A stretch of 64,000 nt of DNA from Gammaproteobacteria bacterium (GCA_965215365.1 CBDCDS010000003.1:2432001-2496000), one strand, 5' to 3'. Counted from the first letter of the stretch, positions 22,103-34,141 are shown. Numbers and translations are program-made. The notes: generated from the letters alone by a model not told the origin.

Positions 22103-22147
22103 TGAAACGACACTGTACACTCTTGCCAATACAACTGTGGCGCCCTG

Positions 22148-22993
22148 ATGTCAGGCGCGACACAAACTTGGCCGGCCAGTGTTGAACTGCGGCTGTGCTC
22201 CGAAGCCGGCAGAACGCGCTTGGCTCGGTGCGAGCATCAGGGCCCCTTGTACGTGCAAAGACCGTTTTATCCGGAAGGGCCGGCTCACCCGCATTTTTAC
22301 CTGCTGCACCCGCCCGGTGGTATTGTGTCAGGCGACCGGCTGCAGATACGAGTGGACCTGGCCACCAACAGTAGCGCCCTGATAACCACCCCCGGCGCAG
22401 CCAGGGTTTACCGCGCACGTGACCACAACCCCCAACAATGCCAGAGCAGCAGCTTGCGACTGGACACCGGCGCAACCCTGGAGTGGTTTCCCATGGAGAC
22501 TATCGTCTATGATGGCGCTTCGGTGGCATTGGAAACAACGGTAGAACTGGCCGAGAGCAGTCGTTTTATCGGCTGGGAACTGAGCTGTTTTGGCCTGCCT
22601 GCGAGCAACCAACCCTTTGCCAACGGGCGCTTTTCGCAACGCTACCGCATTATGCGAGAGGGGGCGCCGGTCTTTGTTGACAATTTTTCCCTGGATGACA
22701 GCAACCACTCCTTGATGTTGAACGGGCCGGCCGGACTACGCGGACAACCTGTTACCGGCCTCTTCCTAGCGGGGTCCTTTGCCGACGGAGATTGCGCGTC
22801 CCTGTTGCGAGCGTTGCGCGACGCCACGCCCGATAGCGGCGTGGCGCTGAGCTGGTCGGATGATTGGCTGGTTGGCCGCTACCTGGGCGCCAGCGCTGAG
22901 CAGGCGCGCAAACTGTATCGGGCCTGGTGGCGCATCTTGCGTCCGGCGCTGCTTGGGCGCGCTGCCTGCGTGCCTCGAATCTGGTTTACATAA
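22148..22993 (+). CDS. ureD: Urease accessory protein UreD
   Basis: HQGPLYVQRPFYPEG, LLHPPGGIVSGD, ITTPGA, PRIW. Confidence 0.95.
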   Translation: MSGATQTWPASVELRLCSEAGRTRLARCEHQGPLYVQRPFYPEGPAHPHFYLLHPPGGIVSGDRLQIRVDLATNSSALITTPGAARVYRARDHNPQQCQSSSLRLDTGATLEWFPMETIVYDGASVALETTVELAESSRFIGWELSCFGLPASNQPFANGRFSQRYRIMREGAPVFVDNFSLDDSNHSLMLNGPAGLRGQPVTGLFLAGSFADGDCASLLRALRDATPDSGVALSWSDDWLVGRYLGASAEQARKLYRAWWRILRPALLGRAACVPRIWFT

Positions 22994-23005
22994 CGGTAAC
23001 GTAAC

Positions 23006-23308
23006 ATGGAACTGCTGCCCAGAGAAAAAGACAAACTGTTGATATTCACCGCCGCGCTGCTGGCGGAACGCCGACTGCAACGGGGACTCAAGCTCAACTA
23101 CCCGGAGACGGTAGCGTACCTGAGCATGGAGATTATGGAGGGTGCCCGCGCCGGCAAAACCGTGGCGGAACTGATGAGCTACGGCAAAGGCCTACTACGC
23201 GCCGACCAGGTCATGGATGGCGTCACGGCCATGTTGCGCGAGGTGCAAGTGGAAGCCACCTTCCCCGATGGCACTAAACTGGTCACCGTGCATGACCCCG
23301 TGAGCTGA
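23006..23308 (+). CDS. ureA: Urease gamma subunit
   Basis: [40 protein letters not shown]. Confidence 0.98.
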   Translation: MELLPREKDKLLIFTAALLAERRLQRGLKLNYPETVAYLSMEIMEGARAGKTVAELMSYGKGLLRADQVMDGVTAMLREVQVEATFPDGTKLVTVHDPVS

Positions 23309-23310
23309 GC

Positions 23311-23652
23311 ATGAGCGGTCCTATAATACCCGGCGAAATGTTTCCGGCAGCGAGTGACATTAACCTGAACCAGGGGCGCGACACACGGGTGGTGCTGGTA
23401 AAAAACAGCGGCGATCGTCCGATTCAGGTGAGCTCCCACTACCATTTCCTGGAAACCAACCCCGCCCTGGTGTTCGCGCGTGAACAGACCCGGGGTTATC
23501 GCCTCAATATCCCTCCCGGCACTGCGGTGCGGTTTGAGCCCGGCCAGGACCGGGAGGTGGAACTGGTTGCCTACGCAGGCATCCGCAGGATCTACGGTTT
23601 TCGCGGCGAGATTATGGGTGCGCTGGATGAGCCCGCGGAAAGTGGGCATTAG
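23311..23652 (+). CDS. ureB: Urease beta subunit
   Basis: [35 protein letters not shown]. Confidence 0.97.
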   Translation: MSGPIIPGEMFPAASDINLNQGRDTRVVLVKNSGDRPIQVSSHYHFLETNPALVFAREQTRGYRLNIPPGTAVRFEPGQDREVELVAYAGIRRIYGFRGEIMGALDEPAESGH

Positions 23653-23690
23653 AAAACAGGTGCCGAAACTCAGGCAGCAAAAACTGAAAC

Positions 23691-25394
23691 ATGAAAACCA
23701 TTGACCGCGAAACTTACGTATCAATGTTCGGGCCCACCACCGGCGATCGGGTGCGGCTAGGTGACACCGCGTTGATTATCGAAGTGGAGAAAGACTTCAG
23801 CCAGTACGGGGAAGAGGTGAAGTTTGGTGGCGGTAAAGTGATTCGCGACGGTATGGGGCAGGGGCAACTCGGCGGCCGAGGCTGTGTGGACACGGTGATC
23901 ACCAACGCCTTGATTCTGGACCACTGGGGGATTGTAAAAGCCAATGTCGGCATCAAGAACGGGCGTATCTACGCCATCGGCAAGGCCGGGAACCCGGATA
24001 TACAGGACGACGTCAAGGTAGTGATCGGCCCCGGCACCGAGGTCATTGCCGGCGAGGGACAGATACTGACCGCCGGCGCGATAGACGCCCATATCCATTT
24101 CATCTGTCCGCAACAGGTTGACGAAGCCCTCATGTCCGGGGTGACTACCATGATCGGCGGCGGCACCGGACCTGCCACCGGCACCAATGCCACCACCTGC
24201 ACCCCTGGTCCCTGGAATATCGGCAAGATGTTGCAAGCCGTTGACAGCCTGCCCATGAACTTCGGACTGCTTGGCAAGGGTAATGCCAGCTTACCCCTGG
24301 CATTGGAAGAGCAGTTGACGGCCGGCGCCTGCGGGCTCAAGCTGCATGAAGACTGGGGTACCACGCCCGCGGCCATAGACACCTGCCTGAGAGTGGCCGA
24401 GGACTTCGACGTACAAGTGGCTATCCATACCGACACCTTGAACGAATCGGGTTTTGTTGACGATACCCTGGCGGCATTCAAAGGCAGAACCATACACACC
24501 TACCACACGGAAGGCGCCGGGGGCGGTCATGCGCCTGACATTATCCGCGCCTGCGGCGCGCCCAATGTGCTGCCTTCATCGACGAACCCCACCCGGCCCT
24601 ATACGCGCAACACCGTGGATGAGCATCTGGACATGCTCATGGTGTGCCACCACCTAGACCCTGCCATACCGGAGGATGTGGCTTTTGCCGATTCACGTAT
24701 TCGCAAGGAAACCATCGCAGCCGAAGACATCTTCCATGATTTGGGCGCGTTCAGCATGATCGCTTCGGATTCACAGGCTATGGGGCGCGTGGGAGAGGTC
24801 ATCACCCGTACCTGGCAGACTGCGCATAAGATGAAGCTGCAACGCGGCGCGCTGGCCGGAGACAGCGAACGCAACGACAACCTGCGGGCGCGCAGATATG
24901 TCGCAAAATATACCATCAACCCGGCCATTGCGCACGGCATCTCCAGGGAAGTGGGTTCCATTGAGGTCGGTAAACTTGCTGATCTGGTATTATGGAAGCC
25001 GGCTTTTTTCGGCATAAAACCGACGCTGATCATCAAGGGCGGGTTTATCGCCGCGGCCGCCATGGGCGATCCCAACGGGTCGATACCCACTACGCAGCCG
25101 GTGCACTACCGCCCCATGTTCGGCGGTTACGGCGGGGTGCCGCGCAGCACCTCGGTCACGTTCACCAGCGCCGCGGCCATTGAGTCCGGTGTCAGACATC
25201 ACTTGAACCTCGGGCGCCGTCTGGTTGCCTGTCAGGATTGCCGTAGCGTGACCAAAACCGACATGATCCACAATAACTGGATGCCGACGGTGACGGTGGA
25301 CCCGCAAACCTATGAGGTACGGGCCGACGGCGAACTGCTGACCTGCGAGCCACTTGACACCCTGCCGCTGGCGCAACTCTACAATCTATTTTAA
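23691..25394 (+). CDS. ureC: Urease alpha subunit
   Basis: [46 protein letters not shown]. Confidence 0.98.
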   Translation: MKTIDRETYVSMFGPTTGDRVRLGDTALIIEVEKDFSQYGEEVKFGGGKVIRDGMGQGQLGGRGCVDTVITNALILDHWGIVKANVGIKNGRIYAIGKAGNPDIQDDVKVVIGPGTEVIAGEGQILTAGAIDAHIHFICPQQVDEALMSGVTTMIGGGTGPATGTNATTCTPGPWNIGKMLQAVDSLPMNFGLLGKGNASLPLALEEQLTAGACGLKLHEDWGTTPAAIDTCLRVAEDFDVQVAIHTDTLNESGFVDDTLAAFKGRTIHTYHTEGAGGGHAPDIIRACGAPNVLPSSTNPTRPYTRNTVDEHLDMLMVCHHLDPAIPEDVAFADSRIRKETIAAEDIFHDLGAFSMIASDSQAMGRVGEVITRTWQTAHKMKLQRGALAGDSERNDNLRARRYVAKYTINPAIAHGISREVGSIEVGKLADLVLWKPAFFGIKPTLIIKGGFIAAAAMGDPNGSIPTTQPVHYRPMFGGYGGVPRSTSVTFTSAAAIESGVRHHLNLGRRLVACQDCRSVTKTDMIHNNWMPTVTVDPQTYEVRADGELLTCEPLDTLPLAQLYNLF

Positions 25395-25398
25395 CCCG

Positions 25399-25851
25399 AT
25401 GCTGGAAGTCTGTGAGCGATTGCCTTCGCTGGCACCGGGTTGCGTGGCGGCGGAGCTGGCGCTTGACCACCTGCAACGCGAGAAAGGACGCTTCAAATCC
25501 CGTCTGGCGGATGGCACCGAGGTGCGCGTATTGCTGGAACGGGGTCGCACCCTGCCCATCGGCCAGGTTTTGCGTAGTGTCTGCGGCCGCTATCTGGTAG
25601 TCACAGGGACGCCGGAACCGGTGACGCTGGCGCGCGCGCGTGACTGGACGATGTTCGCCCATGCCTGTTACCACCTCGGCAATCGGCACGTTCGGGTACA
25701 GATAGGAGAACGCTGGTTGCGCATCATGCCCGACCATGTGCTGGAGCTTATGCTGGCGCAACTGGGCCTTGAAGTGTTGTCTGAGCAGGCCGTATTTGAG
25801 CCGACATCCGGCGCCTACAGGGGGAGTGGCCATGTCCATCACCACCACTGA
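25399..25851 (+). CDS. ureE: Urease accessory protein UreE
   Basis: ACYHLGNRHV, DHVLELML, His-rich C-terminus GHVHHHH; start at ATG 25399. Confidence 0.93.
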   Translation: MLEVCERLPSLAPGCVAAELALDHLQREKGRFKSRLADGTEVRVLLERGRTLPIGQVLRSVCGRYLVVTGTPEPVTLARARDWTMFAHACYHLGNRHVRVQIGERWLRIMPDHVLELMLAQLGLEVLSEQAVFEPTSGAYRGSGHVHHHH

Positions 25852-26509
25852 CGGCGCGTTATTGCGCCTGCTGCAACTGAGCAGCGCCACCTTGCCCGTG
25901 GGCGGCTATTCTTTTTCCCAGGGGCTGGAGGCCGCCGTGGAGCAGCACTGGTTGCGCACGGATCGGGAGCTGCGCGCCTGGCTGTCAGCACAATTAAGCG
26001 AGGGACATGCCAAAGTCGATTTGCCCTTGCTGTTGCGCCTGTTCGATGCCGCCCGGCATCGCGATGCCGATTGTTTACGGCGCTGGAATGCCTGGGTTCT
26101 TGCCTGCCGGGACACCACCGAACTGCGTGCTGCAGAAATTGCCATGGGTGATGCGTTGTTGCGTCTGGTACCCCCTCTTGGTATTGACGTGCCCTGGCAG
26201 GAGCAAGGTAAAACCGCATTCGTGACAGCGTTTGCGATGGTAGCCGCCAACTGGCAGATCAAACCCCGACTCGCCTGCCATGGCTATCTTTGGAGTTGGC
26301 TGGAAAACCAGGTCGCCGCCGCCACGCGCCTGATGGCGCTGGGACAGACAGCCGCCCAACAGTTACTGGATGCACTGATGCCGGAACTACCGGCAACCGT
26401 CAAGCGCGCGAGTACGCTTGCCGACGACGCCATAGGCAGTTCCCTGCCGGCCTTGTCCATAGCCAGTTGTCGGCACGAACAACAATACTGCCGGTTATTC
26501 AGATCCTGA
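25832..26509 (+). CDS. ureF: Urease accessory protein UreF
   Basis: LQLSSATLPVGGYSFSQGLE, LGQTAAQ, HEQQYCRLFRS. Confidence 0.94.
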   Translation: MSITTTDGALLRLLQLSSATLPVGGYSFSQGLEAAVEQHWLRTDRELRAWLSAQLSEGHAKVDLPLLLRLFDAARHRDADCLRRWNAWVLACRDTTELRAAEIAMGDALLRLVPPLGIDVPWQEQGKTAFVTAFAMVAANWQIKPRLACHGYLWSWLENQVAAATRLMALGQTAAQQLLDALMPELPATVKRASTLADDAIGSSLPALSIASCRHEQQYCRLFRS

Positions 26510-26582
26510 ACAGAACCTCTGAAAATGCCCTCTATGGTATTTTTTCATGCGCCCTGAACAAAAACGAACCCCGAGATATTCC

Positions 26583-27215
<633 letters not shown>

Positions 27216-27329
27216 CACACCTTGCATGACTAATGTCGCATAGTGTACAATAAGCATGCTGCTTGGGATTAAGGTACGCATCCCGTTCGTCATCATCACA
27301 CTAATCAGGTATAACCTAGGGGGGACTGT

Positions 27330-30218
27330 ATGTCAAAGCCGCTGGACATCAAGCGCAATAAACTGAACCAAGCCATAGTCACCGCCATCGCCGCAACGGC
27401 TGTCAATACTCCCGCCAACGCCCAAATCGAAGAGCTCATCGTCACTGCCACCAAGCGCGCCGAATCCACCCAGGACATCCCGGTCGCAGTCTCCGCTTTG
27501 AGGGGAGATGACCTAGAAGAACTGCGCATCAGCAACTTTGATGATTACGTCCGCTACCTGCCTAACGTGGTAAGCATGGGCACCGGCCCGGGGCAGAGCG
27601 AGCTTTACATCCGCGGCGCCGCTACCGAGCAATCAAAAAACACCATCGCGGCCATTCAGGGGTCAGCCCCGGCAGTGGCGCTGTATGTGGATGAGATGCC
27701 GGTCGCATTCGGCGGCCGCAACCTAGATGTGTACGCGACCGATCTGGCGCGCGTCGAGGTATTGCCCGGCCCGCAAGGCACCCTGTTCGGCGCCAGCTCG
27801 CAGTCTGGTACGGTGCGCCTGATTACCAACAAACCGGTGCAGGGCGAGTTCCAGGCCGGTGCCAGAACGGATGTATCCGTCACCAGAGGCGGCGGTGTCA
27901 ACAACTCTCAGGAGGCTTATTTGAATCTGGCCGTCACTGATGAGCTGGCGCTGCGCATTGCGGCCTACCATGATGAGCAAGCCGGCTGGATAGATAACGT
28001 CAGCAATCTGGACGCAAACGGCAACGTCATCCCCGGCGGTTGGGACACCAACGGCGGCGGCCTCATTGAGGTGATCAACCGCAATGATATATCGGCTGCG
28101 CCGGTAAATCCGGACAGCCGGTTTGAGCTTGCCGATAACAGCCAGCTGGTGGAGGAAGACTTCAACGACGCCAGGTATATCGGTGGACGGTTCAGTCTGG
28201 CCTACCAACCCACCGACAGTTTCGGTTTGCTGGCACAACATACCCAACAATCCCTGGAGGCCGACGGCGTGTTCGCCTACGACCCCAACCTGGACGGCCG
28301 CAGCAGCGTCACCCGTTTCACCGACGATACCAGCGAGGATGAATTCGGGCTGACCACCCTGACCCTGAACGGCCGCATCGGCCAGCTGGACCTGATTTAC
28401 ACGGCCGGTTATCTGCAGCGCGACATGGATGCACGCATCGACTATTCATCCTATACCACCGGCGGCGGCTATCAGGTGTATTACCTGTGCCCGGATGTCA
28501 GGGCCGGCGCCGGTGTCAGCCCCAATGATATTGCACCGGTGACCTGCTACGACCCGGAGTCACAATATACCGACAACAATTCAAACCAGCGCGTCACTCA
28601 GGAGTTCCGGGTGTCCATGCCGGATGAGTTCCGTATGCGGGTGACCGCCGGTGCGTTCTTCGATGAACAGACTACGCGCGGCACCGCCGCCTTCGAGCTG
28701 GCCGGCACCCGGGATGACGGCGACGGCGCCTGGCCGGCACTCGGACTGGTAGGCGATGCAGTGGAAGGAACCAATGCCGGGGGGAAATTATTCAACCCCA
28801 GAGTCAGTTTCGTCAACGACTATACTCGCAAAACCGAGCAGCTGGCCTTGTTCGGCCAGTTGGATTTTGACATTACCCCCACGGTGACCGCCAGTTTCGG
28901 CGCGCGCTGGTATGACATTGATTTTGATTTCAAGGGCGCCAGCAGCTTCTCCTTCCGCTGCAAGGGTGGCGAAGACGGCTGTGATAATTCCGACCAGTAC
29001 CCGGAACGAACTCGTTTTCCCGATGCCCCCAGAGGTTCCGATGTGTTTGATCCTACCACCCCGGCTGGCGGCAATAACGTGACGGCGCGGCTGCGCGCCT
29101 TGGGCTGCGGGGAAGCAGGCCTGCGGGCAATTCAGGCTGCCGGCGGTAACGGCACCGGCGGCGGCGACTTCAGGACCGAAGCCAATATTGCCGCAGTCAT
29201 GGCCGATATTGAGGCCGGCCTCTTAAATGTGGACGGTCTGAATTGTGATGGCGTTTTGAATGAGTCCGATGTCATATTCCGCGCCTCGCTGGACTGGAAG
29301 GTAACCGATGATATCCTATTGTTCACTACTTTCGGTCAGGGTTTCCGGCCACCGGTGACTAACCGAAACGCCGGCAGAGCCGCGCTTAATCCACGCGCCG
29401 AACCGGTTTATGACAACTACCGGGTGCCAGCTGTGGCCGTCACCGACAAAATGGACAACTACGAGTGGGGCATTAAGGCAGACTTCTTTGACCGCACCTT
29501 GCGCGTGAACGCCACCGGCTACTATTCCGAGATTGACGACCTGCAGGTATCCCGTTTCGACCCGGCCAATGTGGCCTTTCTGGTATTCATTGAGAATGTG
29601 GGCGATGCCGAGATCCTGGGCGCCGACGGCGATTTCACCTGGGCGCCGACCGACAACCTCACGATTGCCGGCGCCTTCAGTATTGTCGATAGCGAAATTA
29701 CCCGTTTGAACGCGCAGCTGGACGGTATTGCCGTGCCGGTGGGCAGCGAACTGCCGTTCACCCCGGACTTTTCCGGCAACCTGCGTGCGCGCTATGAGTT
29801 TGACGTGCCGCTGCTGGGCGGGGCAAGCGCTTATCTGTCGGGCGGCATCAGTTATACCGGAGCAAGCAAATCCGGCATCGCCGGCAGCGCGTTTCAGGTC
29901 GAGGATACCCTGGTGCGCGCCCACGGTCGTGGTTCGGGGCTCGACATCGCCGCCGAGGGCGGCGACTTTGCCGGCGGTAATTGCGGTACGGTCAGCGCTC
30001 CCGTCATCTGTAAAAACGGCCGCTATATACAGGATGACTATGTGCTGCTGGATTTAGCCGTAGGTATGAAGAGCGCAAGTTGGGGCGCCGAGTTATTCGT
30101 CGATAATGTCACCGACGAGCGGGCCGAACTGCATGTCGATACCTTGCAGTTCATCCCCAAGGTAGTCACCAACCGCCCGCGTTCCTTTGGCGTCCGGTTT
30201 TCCTACGACTATCACTGA
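27330..30218 (+). CDS. TonB-dependent receptor
   Basis: Signal peptide, IEELIVTATKR TonB box, RVEVLPGPQGTLFG, C-terminal PRSFGVRFSYDY. Confidence 0.92.
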   Translation: MSKPLDIKRNKLNQAIVTAIAATAVNTPANAQIEELIVTATKRAESTQDIPVAVSALRGDDLEELRISNFDDYVRYLPNVVSMGTGPGQSELYIRGAATEQSKNTIAAIQGSAPAVALYVDEMPVAFGGRNLDVYATDLARVEVLPGPQGTLFGASSQSGTVRLITNKPVQGEFQAGARTDVSVTRGGGVNNSQEAYLNLAVTDELALRIAAYHDEQAGWIDNVSNLDANGNVIPGGWDTNGGGLIEVINRNDISAAPVNPDSRFELADNSQLVEEDFNDARYIGGRFSLAYQPTDSFGLLAQHTQQSLEADGVFAYDPNLDGRSSVTRFTDDTSEDEFGLTTLTLNGRIGQLDLIYTAGYLQRDMDARIDYSSYTTGGGYQVYYLCPDVRAGAGVSPNDIAPVTCYDPESQYTDNNSNQRVTQEFRVSMPDEFRMRVTAGAFFDEQTTRGTAAFELAGTRDDGDGAWPALGLVGDAVEGTNAGGKLFNPRVSFVNDYTRKTEQLALFGQLDFDITPTVTASFGARWYDIDFDFKGASSFSFRCKGGEDGCDNSDQYPERTRFPDAPRGSDVFDPTTPAGGNNVTARLRALGCGEAGLRAIQAAGGNGTGGGDFRTEANIAAVMADIEAGLLNVDGLNCDGVLNESDVIFRASLDWKVTDDILLFTTFGQGFRPPVTNRNAGRAALNPRAEPVYDNYRVPAVAVTDKMDNYEWGIKADFFDRTLRVNATGYYSEIDDLQVSRFDPANVAFLVFIENVGDAEILGADGDFTWAPTDNLTIAGAFSIVDSEITRLNAQLDGIAVPVGSELPFTPDFSGNLRARYEFDVPLLGGASAYLSGGISYTGASKSGIAGSAFQVEDTLVRAHGRGSGLDIAAEGGDFAGGNCGTVSAPVICKNGRYIQDDYVLLDLAVGMKSASWGAELFVDNVTDERAELHVDTLQFIPKVVTNRPRSFGVRFSYDYH

Positions 30219-30277
30219 GCAGCAACCCGATACCAACCCTCAACCAATCAGCGCGTCCTCCCCGGCCAGAATACGGG

Positions 30278-31147
30278 CTAACCAATCCAGCCGGTGATGG
30301 TCATCAGACCGAGGACGATCAACCAGACGATCAGGGTGCGGTTGATCAAGCCCATGGTGTCTTTGATGCGGCTGATGAAATCGGCGTTGTCCTTGTCCTG
30401 CGCCGCGGTGCCGATCGGTTCGTAGTTCAGCGCGCCCAAACCGGCCCGGGCGATCACGTCGCGGCTGCTTGCCAGGGTGTGGCCAGATACCGTGCGCCAG
30501 CTGTCCAGAGCGCTGACCAGACTGCCGCCCAGGGCAAACCCCAGGGCCAGCAGGCGCGCCGATGGCCACATCAGTATCCGATGCAGGGCCCGTACTGCGT
30601 CGGCATAACCGTCTGCGCGCGGCTCGTGACGCAGCGCCAGATTCACCACCAGACAGTACAGCAGCGCACCCACTGCGCCCAGCAGCAGGAACCAGAAGAC
30701 GACGGCAAACAGGTACTCATGCGCGCGTAACATAAGGGCAGTGAGTACCTGCTGCTCAGCAACGGCGCCGTCTTCGGGCTGATCGTACAGTATCTCTGCC
30801 AGGATTTTCTCGGCGGCAGCTTCATCAGCGTTGCCCAGCGCCGCGGTATAGCTGTCCACCCGCGCGCCTAGGGCCGGGCCGAAGCTGTACACTAGCACTA
30901 GGAAGGATAACAGGAACCCCAGCAGAAAACTCACCTCACCCGCCAGATAAACCAGTGTCGCCAGTGTCGCCAGCGGGATGAACAAGGTCAGCAGCAGGCC
31001 GCAAGGTCCCTGCCACCACGCAACGCCCGCCAGCCTGCCCCCCAGCCAGTCACTGTAACGCACAAACCAAGACAGATTCCGATAACGGTCGAAACCTCCC
31101 AGCCAGAATTCCACTCCCAACGCAATCAGTACTGTGATCAGGTTCAT
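30278..31147 (-). CDS. ampE: Regulatory membrane protein AmpE
   Basis: FAVVFWF, ILMWPSARLLALGFALGG; directly downstream of ampD. Confidence 0.8.
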   Translation of the reverse strand: MNLITVLIALGVEFWLGGFDRYRNLSWFVRYSDWLGGRLAGVAWWQGPCGLLLTLFIPLATLATLVYLAGEVSFLLGFLLSFLVLVYSFGPALGARVDSYTAALGNADEAAAEKILAEILYDQPEDGAVAEQQVLTALMLRAHEYLFAVVFWFLLLGAVGALLYCLVVNLALRHEPRADGYADAVRALHRILMWPSARLLALGFALGGSLVSALDSWRTVSGHTLASSRDVIARAGLGALNYEPIGTAAQDKDNADFISRIKDTMGLINRTLIVWLIVLGLMTITGWIG

Positions 31148-31209
31148 AGAGTCATAATAGTACATTTACTGAAAAAATGATATGTGTGGAACTGCTGCGT
31201 TCGGAGTTT

Positions 31210-31779
31210 TTACTCTGACCTCATACTTTTCAGCCTTGCATACAAGCGCTCCCAATCGAAGGCCGGGCCGGGGTCGGTCTTGCGACCCGGGGCGATGTGG
31301 CAATGCCCCCTGATGGTTTCCGGGGTCAGCTGCGGCCAGGCCTGTTGCAATGCTGTTATAACCCGAACCAGAGTGTGATACTGCTCGGGCTGGTAGGCGA
31401 TATCATCCGCACCTTCCAGTTCGATGCCGATGGAGAAGTCGTTACAGTTCTCCCTGCCGTTAAATTCCGAGCGACCGGCATGCCAGGCGCGCCGGTGGAA
31501 TGGCACGAACTGCACGACGTTCCCCGGTCGGTCGATTAACAGGTGCGCGGATACCCGCAAGTCTTTGATATCCTGCAACCGGGGATACGCGTGATAGTCT
31601 AGGGCGTTGCAGAACAACTGCTCGATGCAGGGCGTGCCGAACTCCCCCGGCGGCAGACTGATGCCGTGAATAACGAGCAGGTCTATCTCAACCCCCTGCG
31701 GCCGGTCGTCGCAGTTCGGCGACGGCGCACGCCGGGCGCCGCACAGCCACTGCGCCTTGTCGTCAAGTAACATGTTCAT
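31210..31779 (-). CDS. ampD: 1,6-anhydro-N-acetylmuramyl-L-alanine amidase AmpD
   Basis: LLVIHGISLPPGEFG, VSAHLLI, AWHAG, CNDFSIGIELEG, IAPGRKTDPG. Confidence 0.96.
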   Translation of the reverse strand: MNMLLDDKAQWLCGARRAPSPNCDDRPQGVEIDLLVIHGISLPPGEFGTPCIEQLFCNALDYHAYPRLQDIKDLRVSAHLLIDRPGNVVQFVPFHRRAWHAGRSEFNGRENCNDFSIGIELEGADDIAYQPEQYHTLVRVITALQQAWPQLTPETIRGHCHIAPGRKTDPGPAFDWERLYARLKSMRSE

Positions 31780-31890
31780 GTTATACAGGATGTTACCGGC
31801 TGCCCACCGTGAAATAAAGTATCATGTTCGTTATTCCGGGCTTGGCCGGTTCAAGACATCATTCCTCAAAGTTGAGTAAAATGACAGGCT

Positions 31891-32742
31891 ATGCCAGACA
31901 CTACGAACAGGCCGCCGCTGCCGGCCGATATTGGCAGCGCCGTGCGCCGCGCCTTGAACGAAGACCTAGGTACGGGCGATCTGACTGCCGGGCTGCTCCC
32001 GGCGCAAGGCGCAGTCAAGGCGCAGGTCATAAGCCGTGCGCGCGCGCTCCTGTGCGGCGTGCCCTGGTTTGACGAGGTATATCGGCAACTGGATGAACGC
32101 GTGCACATCGACTGGCACAGCCAGGACGGCGGCGCCCTTGAACCCGAGCAGGTCGTTTGTACCCTGTCCGGCCCGGCGCCGGCATTACTCAGCGGCGAGC
32201 GCACCGCGCTGAACTTCCTGCAACTGTTGTCCGGCACGGCTACCGTCACCGGCGAGTATGTCGCCCTCATCGCGCATACCGCCACCCGCCTGCTGGATAC
32301 GCGCAAGACCTTACCCGGTCTGCGCTCGGCGCAGAAATACGCGGTGCTGTGCGGCGGCGGCGGCAATCATCGTATGGGGCTGTATGATGCCATCCTGCTC
32401 AAGGAAAACCATATCCGTGCCTGTGGTTCCGTCAGCGCCGCGCTGGTGGCGGCGCGGGCAACCCGGCGGACGGTCGAAATCGAGGTGGAAAACGAGACAC
32501 AACTCAAAGCCGCGCTGGCCGGCGGTGCCGACATCATCATGCTGGACAATTTCAGCCTGAAACAGGTGCGGCGGGCGGTACAACTGAATAACGGCCGGGC
32601 GCGCCTGGAAGTATCCGGCGGCGTCACGCGGCAGGCGCTGGCGGAACTGGCTGCGACCGGTGTTGATTACATCTCGGTGGGAGCGTTGACCAAGCATGTG
32701 CGCGCGGTGGATTTTTCCATGTTGGTGAGCGACCAACCTTGA
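31891..32742 (+). CDS. nadC: Nicotinate-nucleotide diphosphorylase (carboxylating)
   Basis: ERTALNFLQ, LLDTRKTLPGLR, NHRMGLYD, KENH, EIEVE; divergent from ampD as usual. Confidence 0.96.
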   Translation: MPDTTNRPPLPADIGSAVRRALNEDLGTGDLTAGLLPAQGAVKAQVISRARALLCGVPWFDEVYRQLDERVHIDWHSQDGGALEPEQVVCTLSGPAPALLSGERTALNFLQLLSGTATVTGEYVALIAHTATRLLDTRKTLPGLRSAQKYAVLCGGGGNHRMGLYDAILLKENHIRACGSVSAALVAARATRRTVEIEVENETQLKAALAGGADIIMLDNFSLKQVRRAVQLNNGRARLEVSGGVTRQALAELAATGVDYISVGALTKHVRAVDFSMLVSDQP

Positions 32743-33396
32743 GCCTGCGCGTCCGTCTCGCCTTGCTGATCACGCTGCTGTTTGTCGCAGTGCTGGGCGC
32801 CGGCAGTATTTATGCGATCACCAACGCGCGTAAGACGATTACGGAAGAAATCCGGTCGGCGGCGCTGCTGACCTCCAACATGCTTGCAGCCTCCGTCACG
32901 GCCATACAGGATGCGGGGGACCCCGGCCTGTACACTGAGCTGTTGTCGGAACTGGAGCGGCTGGAAACAACGCGCCACCTGCAGATTATCATTTCACTGG
33001 ACCCGGGCGCCGGCCGCGCGCAACCGTTGCAACCCTCTCCGCCCCTTGATACCGAAGCGCCGCGCTGGTTTGTCAATCTGGTCAAGCCGCCGCCACTGGA
33101 GTTCAAGCGCGTAATCACCCGTCCGGGCTCAGCCGGGACCGGGATACTCATCCGCGCCGACCCTGCCGACGAGATCGACGAAGCCTGGCAGGAAACCCGT
33201 AATTTCCTGCTGCTGCTGGTATTGTTCACGGCACTGGCCAACCTGCTGGTCTATTTTATCCTGGGCCGGGACCTGCAGCCCATCGAAGCCATCGCGGGAT
33301 GACGACACGCTGGCGCTGGAAATCCGGGATGACGGCGCCGGGTTCGACCCCAGCCGCACCCGCGCCGGCATGGGCCTGACCGGCATCCGCGAACGG
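32739..33396 (+). pseudogene. Internally deleted sensor histidine kinase (MxcQ/MoxY-like)
   Basis: TM-periplasmic-TM N-terminus (APRWF, ADPADEIDEAW) stops at 33302; out-of-frame HATPase fragment LEIRDDGAGFDP...GMGLTGIRER at 33298-33396; HAMP/HisKA region missing. Confidence 0.75.
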
Positions 33397-33509
33397 TACG
33401 GAGGCCGTATATCCAGTCTGCCCCCATATCCCCGAACTCCTCCCTCTCCATTGTCAACATAGCCAGCAAGCAGTTCGCTTACTGTGATTGCCAACGGCTG
33501 TATTTTCAT
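33396..33509 (-). pseudogene. 5' fragment of a DUF262/HNH restriction endonuclease
   Basis: MKIQPLAITVSELLAGYVDNGEGGVRGYGGRLDIRPPY matches the usual N-terminus (normally ...LDIRPPYQR); ATGA-coupled to the methylase. Confidence 0.65.
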
Positions 33510-33946
33510 GCCTGCAATTCCTTGTTTCGGATAAAAATTCGCCCATAAAGAGAATGGACTACATCGCCGTCTTTTACAAAGAAATTTTGTGAAGCCCTTT
33601 TGGGCTTTCCTTTCAAAGGGGCATTTCCCTTTTTCTCCCCGTTGTATTCATACCAGATTGCCGTTTTGGAATCATGCTTGCTGAACATGTCCCTTTCCTT
33701 GCTCTTGTAACAAGAGCCAATCAACCGCTTCAGCTTCAAACGATGAAAGTTCTGGGCAAAATATTGAACAAAATTGGATACTGTCGGATCGTCGCAATTA
33801 CAATATACGGTCCCTCCCTCAAAGTGAGGTTCGTAATACTGCAATTCGTTCGCAATGTCGGTCAGTTGAGTATAAAACTCATCATCCTTTTTGTTTTTTG
33901 CCGTGTGCAGGTTCCGATTAAGCGACGCTAACGGCGGCGGGCTCAC
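33506..33946 (-). pseudogene. EcoRI-family adenine methyltransferase, internally deleted
   Basis: LHTAKNKKDDEFYTQL, VYCNCDDP, SNF..YF..NF..LKLKRLI, then terminal YGRIFIRNK; central NPPF catalytic region absent; AT-richer than flanks. Confidence 0.75.
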
Positions 33947-34107
33947 TTGACCTCCCGGATAACCGGGCCTCCATCCGGCTTGAAATCCATCTTGAAAGTA
34001 CGCTCCAGATCCTCTTGCGTCGGATACGGCATTTCCTTTTCCCGCTTGCAGTCTACCCGCATGGGCAACAGGGCCTTGACCGCCAAATCAATGTCTCTCC
34101 TCATCAT
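33943..34107 (-). CDS. Small hypothetical protein (54 aa)
   Basis: AGGAG RBS, MMRRDIDLAVKALL...VIREVK; stop overlaps methylase start (GTGA). Confidence 0.5.
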   Translation of the reverse strand: MMRRDIDLAVKALLPMRVDCKREKEMPYPTQEDLERTFKMDFKPDGGPVIREVK

Positions 34108-34141
34108 CGTTTCTCCTACCTGTGTGTCATGTATCAGGCCG

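Noticed and set aside
33129-33509. Intact 126-aa protein
   Set aside because: Only the first 38 aa resemble a nuclease; the rest is antisense read-through into the kinase relic
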